Part shown: one piece after another, positions 43,362 through 55,708 of the stretch | Layout of the letters: each line of letters starts with the position of its first letter | Numbering within the stretch: position 1 is the stretch's first letter | Source: Yuukianura sp. NJ FZ-2021 | Lineage: Eukaryota | DNA length: 64,000 nucleotides | Direction of reading: 5' to 3' | Assembly: GCA_046563655.1 (NCBI GenBank) | Contig: CM102290.1 | Span: 12,834,001-12,898,000, forward strand | Notes under the pieces: model-generated | Databases searched by the model: none | The model's input: only the letters and a program-made list of their open reading frames with translations | What the model was told of the DNA's origin: nothing | Translations under genes and position numbers: made by a program

Positions 43362-43526
43362 ATGCAACTTGTGACTATTCTTAAAGCTCCGTCGTCACCG
43401 CTTGAGCCGAGTCACCACCACCACCGTCATGTTCGATTTCCGGATGAAAAAATACTAAAAGTTTATTTTGGGAAAAACACTTTTTCCATTTCTGTTTTCC
43501 GCAAACTCTACCGACGACACTCTTGA
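43362..43526 (+). CDS. Candidate 54-aa upstream micro-ORF
   Basis: MQLVTILKAPSSPLEPSHHHHRHVRFPDEKILKVYFGKNTFSISVFRKLYRRHS; below the ORF-track length cutoff; lies in a probable 5' exon of the next gene. Confidence 0.3.
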   Translation: MQLVTILKAPSSPLEPSHHHHRHVRFPDEKILKVYFGKNTFSISVFRKLYRRHS

Positions 43527-43669
43527 AGACAAGTTGTCGTCACTGGCAGAAGTACTTCGTGTGTCGCTCAATTCCAATAAGCTTTTTCAAGTTACTTTTT
43601 ATATTTTAATTTTTACTGAACCTAGAGTGCTTTTGATACATTTTATACGTTCCAGAACCAAAAACCAAA

Positions 43670-46600
43670 ATGTTTAGTTTTTTATTTCGAAGAAAAAGTT
43701 CGGACAAAGGTAGTAGTAGTGACCGGAAGAAGGGGGATTCCCGTACGCAATGTTCAGATGTATCCAAGGATACAGAGAACAAACCTTCAGGGTCAAGTCT
43801 AACAGTGGAGCATAACCTTGACAACAGCAGTAGTGACGAACGTTACAGTGTGGCAGCATCGTGTGTTTCTCTGAATGAGTCTTTGCCAAACTCGATGAGA
43901 GATGGGCTGGAGTTCATTGACATTGACGCAAATGGAGAGGACAGTACAGGGTCAAGTGTTGGACTAAATTCTACTGTCGTTGCTAAGTACTTAAACTTTC
44001 CTTTTGGATTTATAGAGCGTACAATCTTAATTTTCATTAGGTTTTAACCAAGTCCAATTTTAGGAGCATCTACTCTTGGTTTTTCAGAAATTAAAACCCT
44101 AAACTTCAAAAATTTTATCCCACACTTTCTCAAGTTTCTTACAAATTAATGTTTTCTTAACTGCGTAAATTAGGAAGGTATTGCGGACGCGAGAAAGAAA
44201 ATTTTGTAGGACGCTTAAGTTTATAAAGCTACCGTATTTCCTGGCGTATAAGACGCACTCGCATCCGGAAAAATTCCATAACTCGAGAGTAACGGAAATT
44301 AAATTTCAGTTTTTACAAAAAAAAAAAGTTTCTTTTGTTTCGAAATTTTCGAAATTTCACAGATAAGTCGCGTGCTATAAACAAGGAAATACGGCAATTT
44401 TTTTGGCTGCTAGCTTCTCAGCAAAAATTTTTTAACAGTCATTTACATTAAATTTTCTTTTAAACAGTCAAGAAAACAGGACGCTAGACGGAGTTTGTGG
44501 GGTGCAGAATACTGCAGAACTCAAGGAATTTCAGTCGAAAGTATTAGAAAAAGAAGAAGAGATCCGATTGCTCAAGTTGGACATTCAAATGTATTCTAAG
44601 GAACGGGATGACAAGTCTTTCGAAAATGAAAGTAAGTACATAATTCCATAATTCGCATGTCTAAATAAAAATTTCCAGCTAATTTATGAGTTCTTTGAAG
44701 TCATAGGCGTATAGAAAAGCTTAGTAGACGATGGTGATGCCACTCGAAAAAGCATTATTTCCGTTCTGACACTAATAATATCCGAATCCTACGTGAAATT
44801 TCAGGCTTGTTATGCCAGCTCAGGAAGCTTCGGGAGGAAAACGAAAGTTGCAGTACAGCACGCCGAAAAATTGAAAAACAAATGGACGACTTGCGGCTAA
44901 AAAACAATCAACTCACGCAAGAACTTATTGAAAAAACAGGTAAACTAACATTGCACTGTAATTTTCAAAAAGTGTGAACTACAACCGGCAAACAGATAAA
45001 AAAAAATTTGACAAAAAAGTATCACGCACACTTTTGACATTTCGCGGTGCTGTTATATGTCCACCGTGTCAAAATTTTTAGGCGAACTCCAAGGACGGAT
45101 TTTGAGACACTTTTCATAAATTAATTCCAGATTCTATTAATTTAAAAAAAAGATTTCCTTTGCTCTAGAATCCCTGAAATCGCTGGAACGAGACGCGAAT
45201 TCCAACAGGAAGAGGATCGCAGAGGCTCAAGAGCGAATTCGTGACCTAGAACGTCAACTGGCTGAAGTGCGAAAGGAGAAGACCGAACTAATTTCGGAAC
45301 ACGAAGCAATTGAGGTTGAACGTGACGAGGAAATGAGAGCCCTTCAAAATGGCCTCGACGGAGCCCTTGAACAACGAATCAAACTGCAACACAAAATGGA
45401 CGCCGAATTCAAAGCTCTCAGGAATTCGTTTTTGTCTCAAGAACAGCAGCTTATTGACGACTTCGAATGGAAGTTGAGGCAGATTGAATCCAGTTGCAAA
45501 GCAAAACTACGCGACAAGGACAACGAGGTTTGTTTTTTATGTTTTTAGATGTACGCTTGCAATAATTTTTTTTCAAAATTTTCAAATTTAGGGTTTACGA
45601 AAAAATTGCAAAATTGGTTTTGAATTTTTTGATGCGACGGAATTACAAAAATATAGTCCAAATTTTGCCAAAAACATCATATTTTAAGATAGTTGTGGAA
45701 ATCAGTTTTCTCGGCGCCATTTGTCATCTTTTAGTGAGAAAAGTTTTGACTTTGGAGTGAGTTTCATATTATGAAGCTTGCCAAGAAAAGAAATGGAGAA
45801 ATCCAAGACGCACTTCAAATTTCACTTTTTTCTGGTTCAACTAAAAGGAATTCGCAAATTACACATTGTAATTATGTTAATCTTTGTTTTTCGTAGACTG
45901 AAGAAAAGTTGGCGGAAGCTAAAAGTAAGCTGCAAGGAGAAATGGCTGTCGAATGGGAAAAATTAAACCAGGAGCGTCGTACAGTTGAGGAGCAAATGCG
46001 ACTGGTAAGTTACGCAAAGCTTTGTTAAATTAAAATCTTTCTGTGAATTAATTACATTTTTAAATACAATTTTGTTTAACAAGCGTAGGTGTGTCACTAC
46101 AAGGCATACGAAGCCGAACTACTGCAGCTACGAGGACTGACACATGAGCAGCAGAGGGCTCTCCGCTCTGCTGCTAGGCAACTGGAACATTTCAAATTTA
46201 ATGAAAAAGTGCTACACGAAGAAGTGCATTCGGCACGAAAACAAATCGAGAAAGAGAAGTCGAATTCAATAGCAGCTCAGTCTACACTTCATGCCAAAAT
46301 GGAAGTCCAGACCAAGAACCTCACGTTAAAACTGGAACAACAAAAGAACGAACTGAATTCCAAGGTTACACAAAAAATACCGTATTTTCTCGCGTATAAG
46401 ACGCACTCGATACAATGCCGGGACTCAGGGTTAACAAAACCCTAAGTTTCGGCGAAGATTTTTCCTAAAAGCTTTTGCTCTAAATTTTTTTTCGAAATTC
46501 CACAGATAAGACGCGTTTTATAGGCAAGAAAATACGGTAATTTAAGAAAAAATATTGTGAGTTTGCTCATGAGCAGGTTATATTTGCAGTGGGAAACGAG

Positions 46601-48807
46601 AATGGAAGCAGAATGCTCAAGGCTGAAACAGGATCTGGCCAAGGTCCATGCCGATGAGAAGCATCATGCTGTCGAATCCGTAAAATCTCAAAAAACTCAA
46701 GAATTTGCAGCAGCAAAGCAAACTTGGATGAAGGAGATGCAACATTTGCAAGAAAAAGTGGGTTTACAAAGCTACAAAACTGGAAAACTGTAACAAATGA
46801 CAATTAGGAGTAAAACTGCCCATAAAACAGCATAAGTTTTACTCCTAAAGTTATTTTTGGATACAAATTTTCCACTGAAAAGTAGCGAGTGCATACAAAT
46901 CTCCGAATATAATTTGCTAACTTTGCTAGATTTCCCAATTGACAGAAACTATCAGAGAAATGGAGTCGACGAGCAAATGTCAACTGGATAAAATCACGAC
47001 AACGAAGGACAAGGAGATTTTGGATCTTCGCGCCAAACTTGAACGCATGTACTTAAACAAAGAATCCTTGGATACATTGAAGAGTGATCACGCCAAAGAA
47101 ATAGGTACCCAAAGTACAGTATTTCCTCGCCTATAACACGATTTTATTTCTGAAATTTCGAAAAATTTTAGAAAAAAAGAATTTTTTCCTGCTAAATACG
47201 AATTTAGTGCTTCCCGAGTTCCGGATTTGAACGCATGCGTCTTATACGCAAGGAAATTCGGTGTAACTTCGATTATCTACTGATTCCTTTTATAATTTTT
47301 TGTTCAAAGTAAATTTTTTATTTTTTAAACACACTAAAACGAATCTTTTTAGCTCTGCTACGTGCCAAATACGAAGCATCTCAGAAAGTCGTAGATGAAC
47401 GCACAGCCCAGGAGACTGCATCTAAGACAGCATTTGCTGTTGTCAATACTACGTCAATTCCGAGTCCAATTAATCAAGTAATCTTGCACTTAGTACTCAT
47501 AAATCAAGGTTCCTTGACACACTTAGTATTCTTTAATAGGTTGTGTAATATCTAAGTTATTTACTCAAAAAAAACTGAAAAAACGGACTATGCAACGTAC
47601 CAATTCCAAAAATTAGAATTCCTGATACCAATTCGTAGGTAAAATTTCCAAAATTCGTGTAAAATTTTAAGGTTACGGTTACCTGGAATTCAAATTAACT
47701 TTTTTGTGAAGTCTAAAAAAAATACGAGTTACGCAACCTGTTAAAGAAACTTAAGTGAACAAACCTTGCTCATAAACGACACCCTGTGATCCAGTTAATT
47801 AACATTAATTAATATCTGTACTAATTGTAATATTTGTACAGAGTGACTCTGGATGTGGTGATGAAGGCTCTTCAGAAGAAAGTGAATATGATATGGACGA
47901 GGGAGAGAGTGAAAGCCCAGAGAAAGTAGTGGACGTGCCAGCGCGAAGTTCAATTGAGTCTGACGGTAGCGTTGACGACGCCGTGGTTCATCATTTGCGT
48001 GTAGAAGTTGCTTCACTACAAGGATCCATTGAGCAGTTGACTACAAATTTGGTAGTAGAGGAAGGGAAGGAAAATGTTGAAGAGTCTGACGACGACGACG
48101 ATTCAGAGCAGTAAGAAAATTGACGAATCCGTGCCAAAACGAGTGTCATTCCTTTCAATTTTTAGCAAATTCAATTAACGTATTACGCTCCTGCTGGAGA
48201 TAAACTCTCGTTTGGCAAAACCACGGCAGTGTCAATTCAAATGCACAAATCAAAAATCGTTAAGCCAAAAGCGAAAAAAATATGACGAATTTTGACTATA
48301 AGGGTTTTTGGTGGTTCGTGGTTTGACGGCTTGACGTTTGCGCATTTGGATCCACATGTTGAAAATTTTTATACCCGCATAATCGTTTTTAGTTTAAAAG
48401 TGAAAAGTGTTATAAATTGACGCGTGTTGAGTAAATGCTGTGCATTTTCAATTTCCTGGCCTACTTCCAGATTTAGTAGTTTTTAATGTGACGTCATTCT
48501 TGATTTGAGTTCCCCACTGACAGCCATTATGTCGCTGTCTGTTAAATTTGTTCAAACCTCTAAGGTCAGAGATTTTTTTAGTGAAATGAGTCTGATTTCA
48601 TCCGGGGGATCCACTTCCCTGGATTTCCGTAACTTCGTCGTCATCTTCAGAGATTTTCCATTCTATTTCAGAATTGTGACGTTCTTGGTGACAGCGTTTG
48701 TGTTGACGTGTGGAATTCCTTTGGCTCTGTTCGTCATCTCCCAGTCTATCTGTCTCTCCTTCTGGACTTTTATGCTTCTAGTCGCTTTCTCTGTTCATAA
48801 ACAATAA
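43670..48807 (+). CDS. Uncharacterised long coiled-coil protein; ends at 48114 or splices to a hydrophobic terminal exon (48672-48807)
   Basis: In-frame spliced exons rich in E/K/Q/L heptads (EQQLIDDFEWKLRQIE, YEAELLQLRGLTHEQQRALR, WETRMEAECSRLKQDL). Confidence 0.8.
44232..44394 (+). mobile_element. Tc2/pogo-like MITE, copy 1
   Basis: TA|CCGTATTTCCTGGCGTATAAGACGC ... GCTATAAACAAGGAAATACGG. Confidence 0.85.
46380..46537 (+). mobile_element. Tc2/pogo-like MITE, copy 2
   Basis: TA|CCGTATTTTCTCGCGTATAAGACGC ... GCGTTTTATAGGCAAGAAAATACGG|TA. Confidence 0.88.
47117..47261 (-). mobile_element. Tc2/pogo-like MITE, copy 3 (inverted, degenerate)
   Basis: TA|CAGTATTTCCTCGCCTATAACACG ... GCGTCTTATACGCAAGGAAATTCGG. 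Confidence 0.78.
47505..47768. mobile_element. CAAGG-family MITE
   Basis: CAAGGTTCC...AAACCTTG with flanks CTCATAAAT/CTCATAAAC. Confidence 0.85.
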
Positions 48808-48870
48808 AATTATTTTCATAAATCAAACTAAAATAAACTAAACTGCACAATAATGTTTGTCCACTAAATT

Positions 48871-49099
48871 CAAGGTTTCTTGACATCAAAAAATTTTCTT
48901 TAACAGGTTGAGTACTACCTCGCTTGTTCACAAAAATAAAACAAACAAAAAATTGGTACCGATTCGTAAGCAAAATTCAAAAATTCGGCTGTATTGTTAT
49001 GACTACGATGCCCTGAAATGGAAAAACTTTTTTTTTTGCATATATATAAAACGTGGTATTACCCAACCTGTTAAAGAAAATCTAAGTCAACAAACCTTG
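48871..49099. mobile_element. CAAGG-family MITE
   Basis: CAAGGTTTCTTGAC...TTTAACAGGTTGAGTACTACC / GGTATTACCCAACCTGTTAAAG...AAACCTTG. Confidence 0.85.
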
Positions 49100-49413
49100 A
49101 CTGAGCTAACCTCTCTTTCATTTTCCACTGAAAACTTCCAAGTATTTACAATTAACGACTCTTTCTACCGAAAATTTATGCTTTTACAGAGAATCGAGTG
49201 AGGAGACTGATGAAGACAGTGAGTAACAAACTAAACAAAATCTAAGGTTGAGGTCACGGATGACTTGCATTTTGGAATTGCATTGGTCCCAATACTTTAA
49301 TCCAATCTTCACTTCCAACGCAATGTAGTTGTATTACAACAATCCTTTGAGAAATAAATCAAGAAAAGCTATAAATGCAATTGGGTGTTTAGAATCCTGG
49401 AGTAATTGGATCT

Positions 49414-51537
49414 TTAGAATTCAATTGAGAATGGGAAGTATGGACTTCCCTTGACCCATTCCAAGGCGACAAGTCGTCCATTACAGTCCAAAGAGTCAAT
49501 GTACTTAACATCCTCTGGTGACAATTCGAAGTCAAACACATTGGCATTCTCAATGAGACGCTCCTTTCGCACAGTCTTGGGGATGACGACAACGTTCTTC
49601 TGAACCTGGAATTTCAAAAGGCGGGAAAATCGAATATCTTTGAACACGGATGGGAAATATGTCAGAAAACAGGAAAATATTTACCAGCCAGCGGATGATG
49701 ATCTGAGCAGGTGATTTCCCGTACTTCTTTCCTTGTTCAACCAATTTCGGATCATCTAGGAGAACTGGATCCTCAGGTTTAGCCCAAGGCCTGTACACAA
49801 AGACAACGTTAACAAATGACACGAAGTTAAAAACTGATTGGACAGTTTACCTGTCCGGTGACCCGAGTGGACTGTAGGCAGTCACAGGAATTCCTTTGTC
49901 CTTACAGAACGCAATCAGTTTGTTTTGGTTCAAATACGGATGGCATTCCACCTAGGTCGTAATCAATTTAATTATGTTTTTACAAAAATTCAAATGCAAA
50001 AATTCAAGTTTCAAAAGTGCCATTTTTGACCGTGTTGCTGGATATCCACTTTTTTTTAGCATTTCGTCCAGGAGATATCTACTGGATACATCCGGATGAA
50101 ACCCCGTTTCCGATGGACGAAATTGAGTTTCGTCCGGAAGAAACCAGTAAAACCCGGATATATCCACCACTTTTGAGGAGAGTAGAAAAAATATTTTATC
50201 CAGCAACACTGCCTAATCTAAATAAACAGTTTACCTGGTTCATTGCTGGTTTGATGGTACAAATATCCAGAATTCGTTGGATTTGTTGACTGTTGAAATT
50301 CGAAACACCAATGGATCTTGCAAGTCCGGCCTTGGCACACTCCTCCATTGCCTTCCATGTCTCAACAAAGTCAATGTCACTCAACAACGTATTCCCTTGC
50401 TCATCCTTTGGGAAGAGTTCATCGCCCTCTTGGTAGCCAAACGGCCAATGAATCAAGTACAAGTCAACGTAGTCTGTCTGCAGAGATTCCAGCGTCTTTT
50501 GCAATCCAACCTTCACGCGATCCTTTGAATGATACGTGTTCCAGAGCTAAAAACAATTATGAAAGTTAACCGAAGGAATTGAAATCTGTGGATTCCAGAA
50601 TAAAAGGTACCGTAAATCTTCTAATAGTGCCCCAGCCAAGTGTACGAGTTCTATTCGACAGCGTTCACGGGAGGGGTACTAGGCAATTACATGGGCAGCT
50701 ATATGGGAATGGGGTACTATTTGAAGATTCACGGTATGCTAGTTTAGTTCCACTCACTTTGCTTGTAAGAAACAAGTCTTCTCGCCGAACAACTCCTTCC
50801 TTAATTTTCTTTTGGATCGCTGCACCAACTTCTGCTTCATTTGCATAGGCAAGAGCACCATCGATGTGTCGATATCCAACATCGATGGCATCCTCCACAG
50901 TTGCCTGTACAACTCCGGGAGATGACTGATTCCATGCAAGAAATAAACGACAAATTAGTTCGAAGGTATTCAAAGGACTACCGATTATAATACTATGACC
51001 TTCAATGACCTTCTTACCTTCCAAGTTCCAAGTCCCAAAATGGGAATTTCGTATCCCGTATTCAACTTTACTCCAGGTACGTTCTACAAAAAAAAAACAT
51101 CGATCAATCGACATCTCCCATTAATCTGGGCGTGTATGGCATTGAACTGTTAATGTAATATTCAAAGGTAGTGCAGAGCCACATCCACATGAGACAATGA
51201 AGCGAAAGTGAGCAGTGATAGGAATATTAAGTTGAGCTAAATGACCGAGGTCATGAATTATTTCCATTTTTTGTAGATTAACACAAAACCACCAATCTAC
51301 TCATTGAATGAGCAATTTTTTATGTAGCAATTGCGAATTCCCACATTTTTTGTGCAATTCTCTGGCTCCAGAATCTTACTGTACCGTCACTCAACTCACG
51401 GTTTACATCCCTATATCCAGTACCAGTATCAGTTACTGTCCCATTGTGGAATCCAAAGCCATACCCTACTTTATGTCAACAACCATTCCCGCCCAAACTA
51501 AATAATTGATTAAATTAACTACTGATACCTTTAACAT
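49414..51537 (-). CDS. Aldo-keto reductase (AKR1/aldose reductase-like), tandem copy A
   Basis: [91 protein letters not shown]. Confidence 0.96.
50030..50211 (+). mobile_element. CAGTGTTGCTGG-family MITE in an AKR copy A intron
   Basis: C(C)GTGTTGCTGGATA / TATCCAGCAACACTG termini; absent from the equivalent intron of copy B. Confidence 0.8.
50610..50734. mobile_element. TA-flanked Tc2/pogo-like MITE in an AKR copy A intron
   Basis: TA|CCGTAAATCTTCTAATAGTGCCCC / GGGGTACTATTTGAAGATTCACGG|TA. Confidence 0.78.
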
Positions 51538-52526
51538 GGTTGAAGTGAAGTATTGGTTGTTGATTGAGATTTGGTCAGCACCGCTTGTTCTCCGGTTTTG
51601 GTTTATCGTTGACAATGACACACCGCTGGACAGAACCCACCGAGAGGAAGACTGGACACCGACTGATACAACTCCAAATGAGCCTCCCACTATAAGAAAC
51701 TAGAATCTTCGGTGGCCTACGGCCACCGAAAGATTCTAGACTGTAGCGTACGTACCAGTTTGACTGACTAATCGCACAAAAAACGATTACACAATAGTTA
51801 AATTTAGAAAAACACGGGCCAAAAACAAATGTTGGGTGCAATTATCCAATATTTAGTTTATTTCAACCGTCGTTTGTACAAAATTGTCATGCGCGCAGCG
51901 GAGGGAGGGTAGATTCGCTATTGGGAGAGTAAATGAGGAGAGTGGATAAGGAGACCACTACTATGACATATAGCTTGTTTTCCTCGTGTGCTTGAGTGAG
52001 AGTTAACTGTTTATGTTTTGCTCCTGTTCACACAAAGTGAATAAGAGAGCCAGGAGTTAACTCTCATTTCACTCACACACAGAGGACAGGAGGACTGTGT
52101 TAGAGATGCTGTAATATGTAGTAGATATGTTTTATCACATTGCCCCACATGTTGTTATGCAAAGCATATGCAATATTTACCACATCTGCGCAGTATTTCA
52201 GCGAGGCACTCGCTGGAGCCAGAAATGCTGCAAAAGTGTGTTGGTCAGATTTTATGGAAGAAAACGAAACAGGACGGATCAGACCAAGGTTATTGTTTGA
52301 CTCACTAAACAATAGAAAATCTGGCAGTAGACAACAGAAGCAATGGTGAGTAATCAATTAATTCGGAGGAGGATTTGGAATTGCATTGGTCCCAATACTT
52401 TAATCCAATCTTCACTTCCAACGCAATAACAATGTAATTGTGCCAAAACAATACTTTGAGGAATAAATCAAGAAAAGCTACCGAATGCTGCAATTGGATG
52501 TTTAGAATGCTGGAGTAATTGGATCT

Positions 52527-54343
52527 TTAGAATTCAATTGAGAATGGGTAGTATGGACTTCCCTTGACCCATTCCACGGCGACGAAGCGTCCATTACAGT
52601 CCAATGAATCAATGTATTCAGCATCCTCTGGTGACAATTCGAAGTCAAACACATTGGCATTCTCAATGAGACGCTCCTTTCGAACTGTTTTCGGGATGAC
52701 GACGACGTTCTTCTGGACCTGCAATTTCAAAAGGCGGGAAAATAAAGTTATTTGAATACTAAAAACCAAAATATGTCGAAAAACGTTCAAATAGTTACCA
52801 GCCAGCGGATGATGATTTGAGCAGGTGATTTGCCGTACTTCTTTCCTTGTTCAATTAGTTTCGGATCATCGAGGAGAACTGGATCCTCAGGCTTTGCCCA
52901 TGGTCTGTACACAAACACAACGTTAACAAATGACATGAAATTAAAAACTGATTGGACAGTTTACCTGTCCGGTGATCCGAGTGGACTGTAGGCAGTCACA
53001 GGAATTCCTTTGTCCTTACAGAACGCAATCAATTTATTTTGGTTCAAGTACGGATGACATTCCACCTAATTCATAAATAAACGTGTAAGTGAATTTAAAA
53101 ACTCCCGCGTTTTAAAACTTCAAATTTGGATTGGAACTATGGTCTTTTTTTTAACCTAGCTAGAATCCAAAAAACTAACCTGGTTCATAGCTGGTTTGAT
53201 GGTACAAATGTCCAGAATTCGTTGGATTTGCTGACTGTTGAAATTGGAAACACCAATGGATCTTGCAAGTCCGGCCTTGGCACACTCCTCCATTGCCTTC
53301 CATGTCTCAACAAAGTCAATGTCACTCAACAACGTATTCCCTTGCTCATCCTTTGGAAAGAGTTCATCGCCCTCCTCTTTGTAGCCAAACGGAAAATGCA
53401 TCAAGTACAAGTCAACGTAGTTGGTCTGTAGAGATTCCAGCGTCTTTTGCAATGCTACCTTCACCCGCTCCTTTGAATGATACGTGTTCCAGACCTAAAC
53501 AAATCCATGACCAATCAACTACACAGAATGCACAGAGTGAATATTTAGCGCGAACGGAGTATAAAATCTGAATTCTAGAATGGAAGGTACCGTAAATCTT
53601 CAGATAACCCCCAAGCGTACTAATTCTTTCCTCGAATCTTTGGGGCGGGGTACCTGTTAGGGAGGGGGCACTATATCTTGATTGACTTCCGGGGGTAGGG
53701 GTACAACATCGGGCAGCTGTATGGGAGTGAGGCACTATTTGAAGATTTACGGTATGTTAGTTTAGTTCCACTCACTTTGCTTGTAAGAAATAAGTCTTCT
53801 CGCCGAACAACTCCTTCTTTAATTTTGTTTTGAATGGCTGCACCAACTTCTGCTTCATTTCCATACACCAGTGCACAATCGATGTGTCGATATCCAACAT
53901 CAATAGCATCCTCCACAGTTGTCTGCACAACTCCGGGAGATGACTGATTCCATGCAAGAAACAAACCACAAATTAGTTCGAAGTTATTCAAAAGTCTACA
54001 GATTATAAGGCTATGACCTTCAATGACCTTCTTACCTTCCAAGTTCCAAGCCCCAAAATGGGAATTTCGTATCCCGTATTTAACTTTACTCCCGGTACGT
54101 TCTACAAAAAAAAATTATCGATTAATCGATGCCATACACGCCCATTAATGCGGACGTGTATATTAATCGGCGTATGTGGCGTGCGTTGTCTGTTGTTTTT
54201 TGTCCCGAGATGAAATTTAAAAACGGATTCTAATCTTATTTTAGTCTTTTCTGATCTTATTTTAAGCCTTTAGTGATCGGCAATGATTATTTCAGCGTTA
54301 TACGCAAGTCCGCGTTATACGCCGATAAATAGTGTACCTGCAT
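52527..54343 (-). CDS. Aldo-keto reductase, tandem copy B
   Basis: [46 protein letters not shown]; same exon structure as copy A. Confidence 0.96.
53590..53752. mobile_element. Same Tc2/pogo-like MITE at the equivalent intron position of AKR copy B
   Basis: TA|CCGTAAATCTTCAGATA / GGCACTATTTGAAGATTTACGG|TA with matching flanks. Confidence 0.78.
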
Positions 54344-55708
54344 TGTTGCAGTGGAATATTGGTTGTCGATTTAGGTAAACACCGCTTGTTCTCCGCGTTT
54401 GGTTTATCGATGATAAGGACGCTGGACAGAACTGACAAAGAGAAAGACCGGACACCGACTGACAGAACTCCAATCGACCGTCCTGTAGAAAAGATTGGGC
54501 CATGCCATGATCGAACAAAATGCAGAGATTGTTGTTTATCACAATGCCCCACATTATGGAGTGCAAAGCATGTGCACTAAAATTTACTTCATCTGCGCAG
54601 CGTAGAAATACCACAAAAACTGTATGTGTTGTGCAGATTTTATGGAAACGAAATAAACAGGGGCATCAGGCCAGTGTTGTTTGAATTACAGTAATAGGAA
54701 AATCCGACAGCAGAAATTTGCGACTAATTAATTCGGAGGAAGGTGTGGATCATGTAATTAATGACAACAAATTTTATTTTTTAGGTCCGAAAAAAAACCG
54801 AAGCATTTTTTCCAATTTGGGTACATACCGTAAGAGTTCTAATAAAAAGCCCTCTCTTTAAATTTTTTGGATTTTTTTTTACCAATGTTGAAACGAATAC
54901 AGTTGCATTGCATCTTGTAGTCATTTACATTACTAGTTTTCAGAAAGAGTAAAGCATGTTACTAGCACATATTACGTTTACTGTTTGAAGAGCTCATCAA
55001 TGTACCTTGGTCCGATTAATCTTGGTACTTAATAGGACTAGGACTGTACTCGTGCCACCACCTTTGATCTCTGTACTATGCTTTGATGATCGATACGATA
55101 AGGCTTGCTGTATTTCAATCCATTATTGTGGCAGTTACATGAAGACTTCTTAACATAATTTAGTCATTTAAGTCATTTTCAACAACTATTGTAGAGCTGG
55201 GAGTCCAAGGTCAAAAGCTGTCGTACAAGGTCTACAACTATAGTAGAACTAGTGGGTTCAAGGTCAAACGTTTGAAGAAAGGTGCAGTTTTATTTATACC
55301 CAATCCAACTAAAACAATTCAATTGAAATTAATGCTCGAAACAAAAAATATTACAAAGAAAAAAACCAAATAAGAGCAGCTCTTTAATCCGTGAAAATCG
55401 GTTACGCCAATTAAAAATGGGAGAACGCTATGGAAAATTTTGCAAAGTTAGGCTATTTTTGCAAAGTAAAAGTCACTTTTACTCCGCGTTGCGCAAATAA
55501 ATATCACTACTGTAGCTGTAGCATGGGCTTTCCACAACTACATATAGCCTTCTCCTCTGCGCCAAGATCTGCACAACTGCAAGAAAATACACAAGAAAGT
55601 TTTAAATCAAAACCAAACCATTCGTTGTGATAGGCACAAAAACTGTACTTTTTATTGTCTTTATTTCTTCCAATATTTTTCACTTCTCAGCAGATTTTTC
55701 CGCAGGAA

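Noticed and set aside
49952..50289. ORFs with [15 protein letters not shown]
   Set aside because: Translation of the intronic MITE
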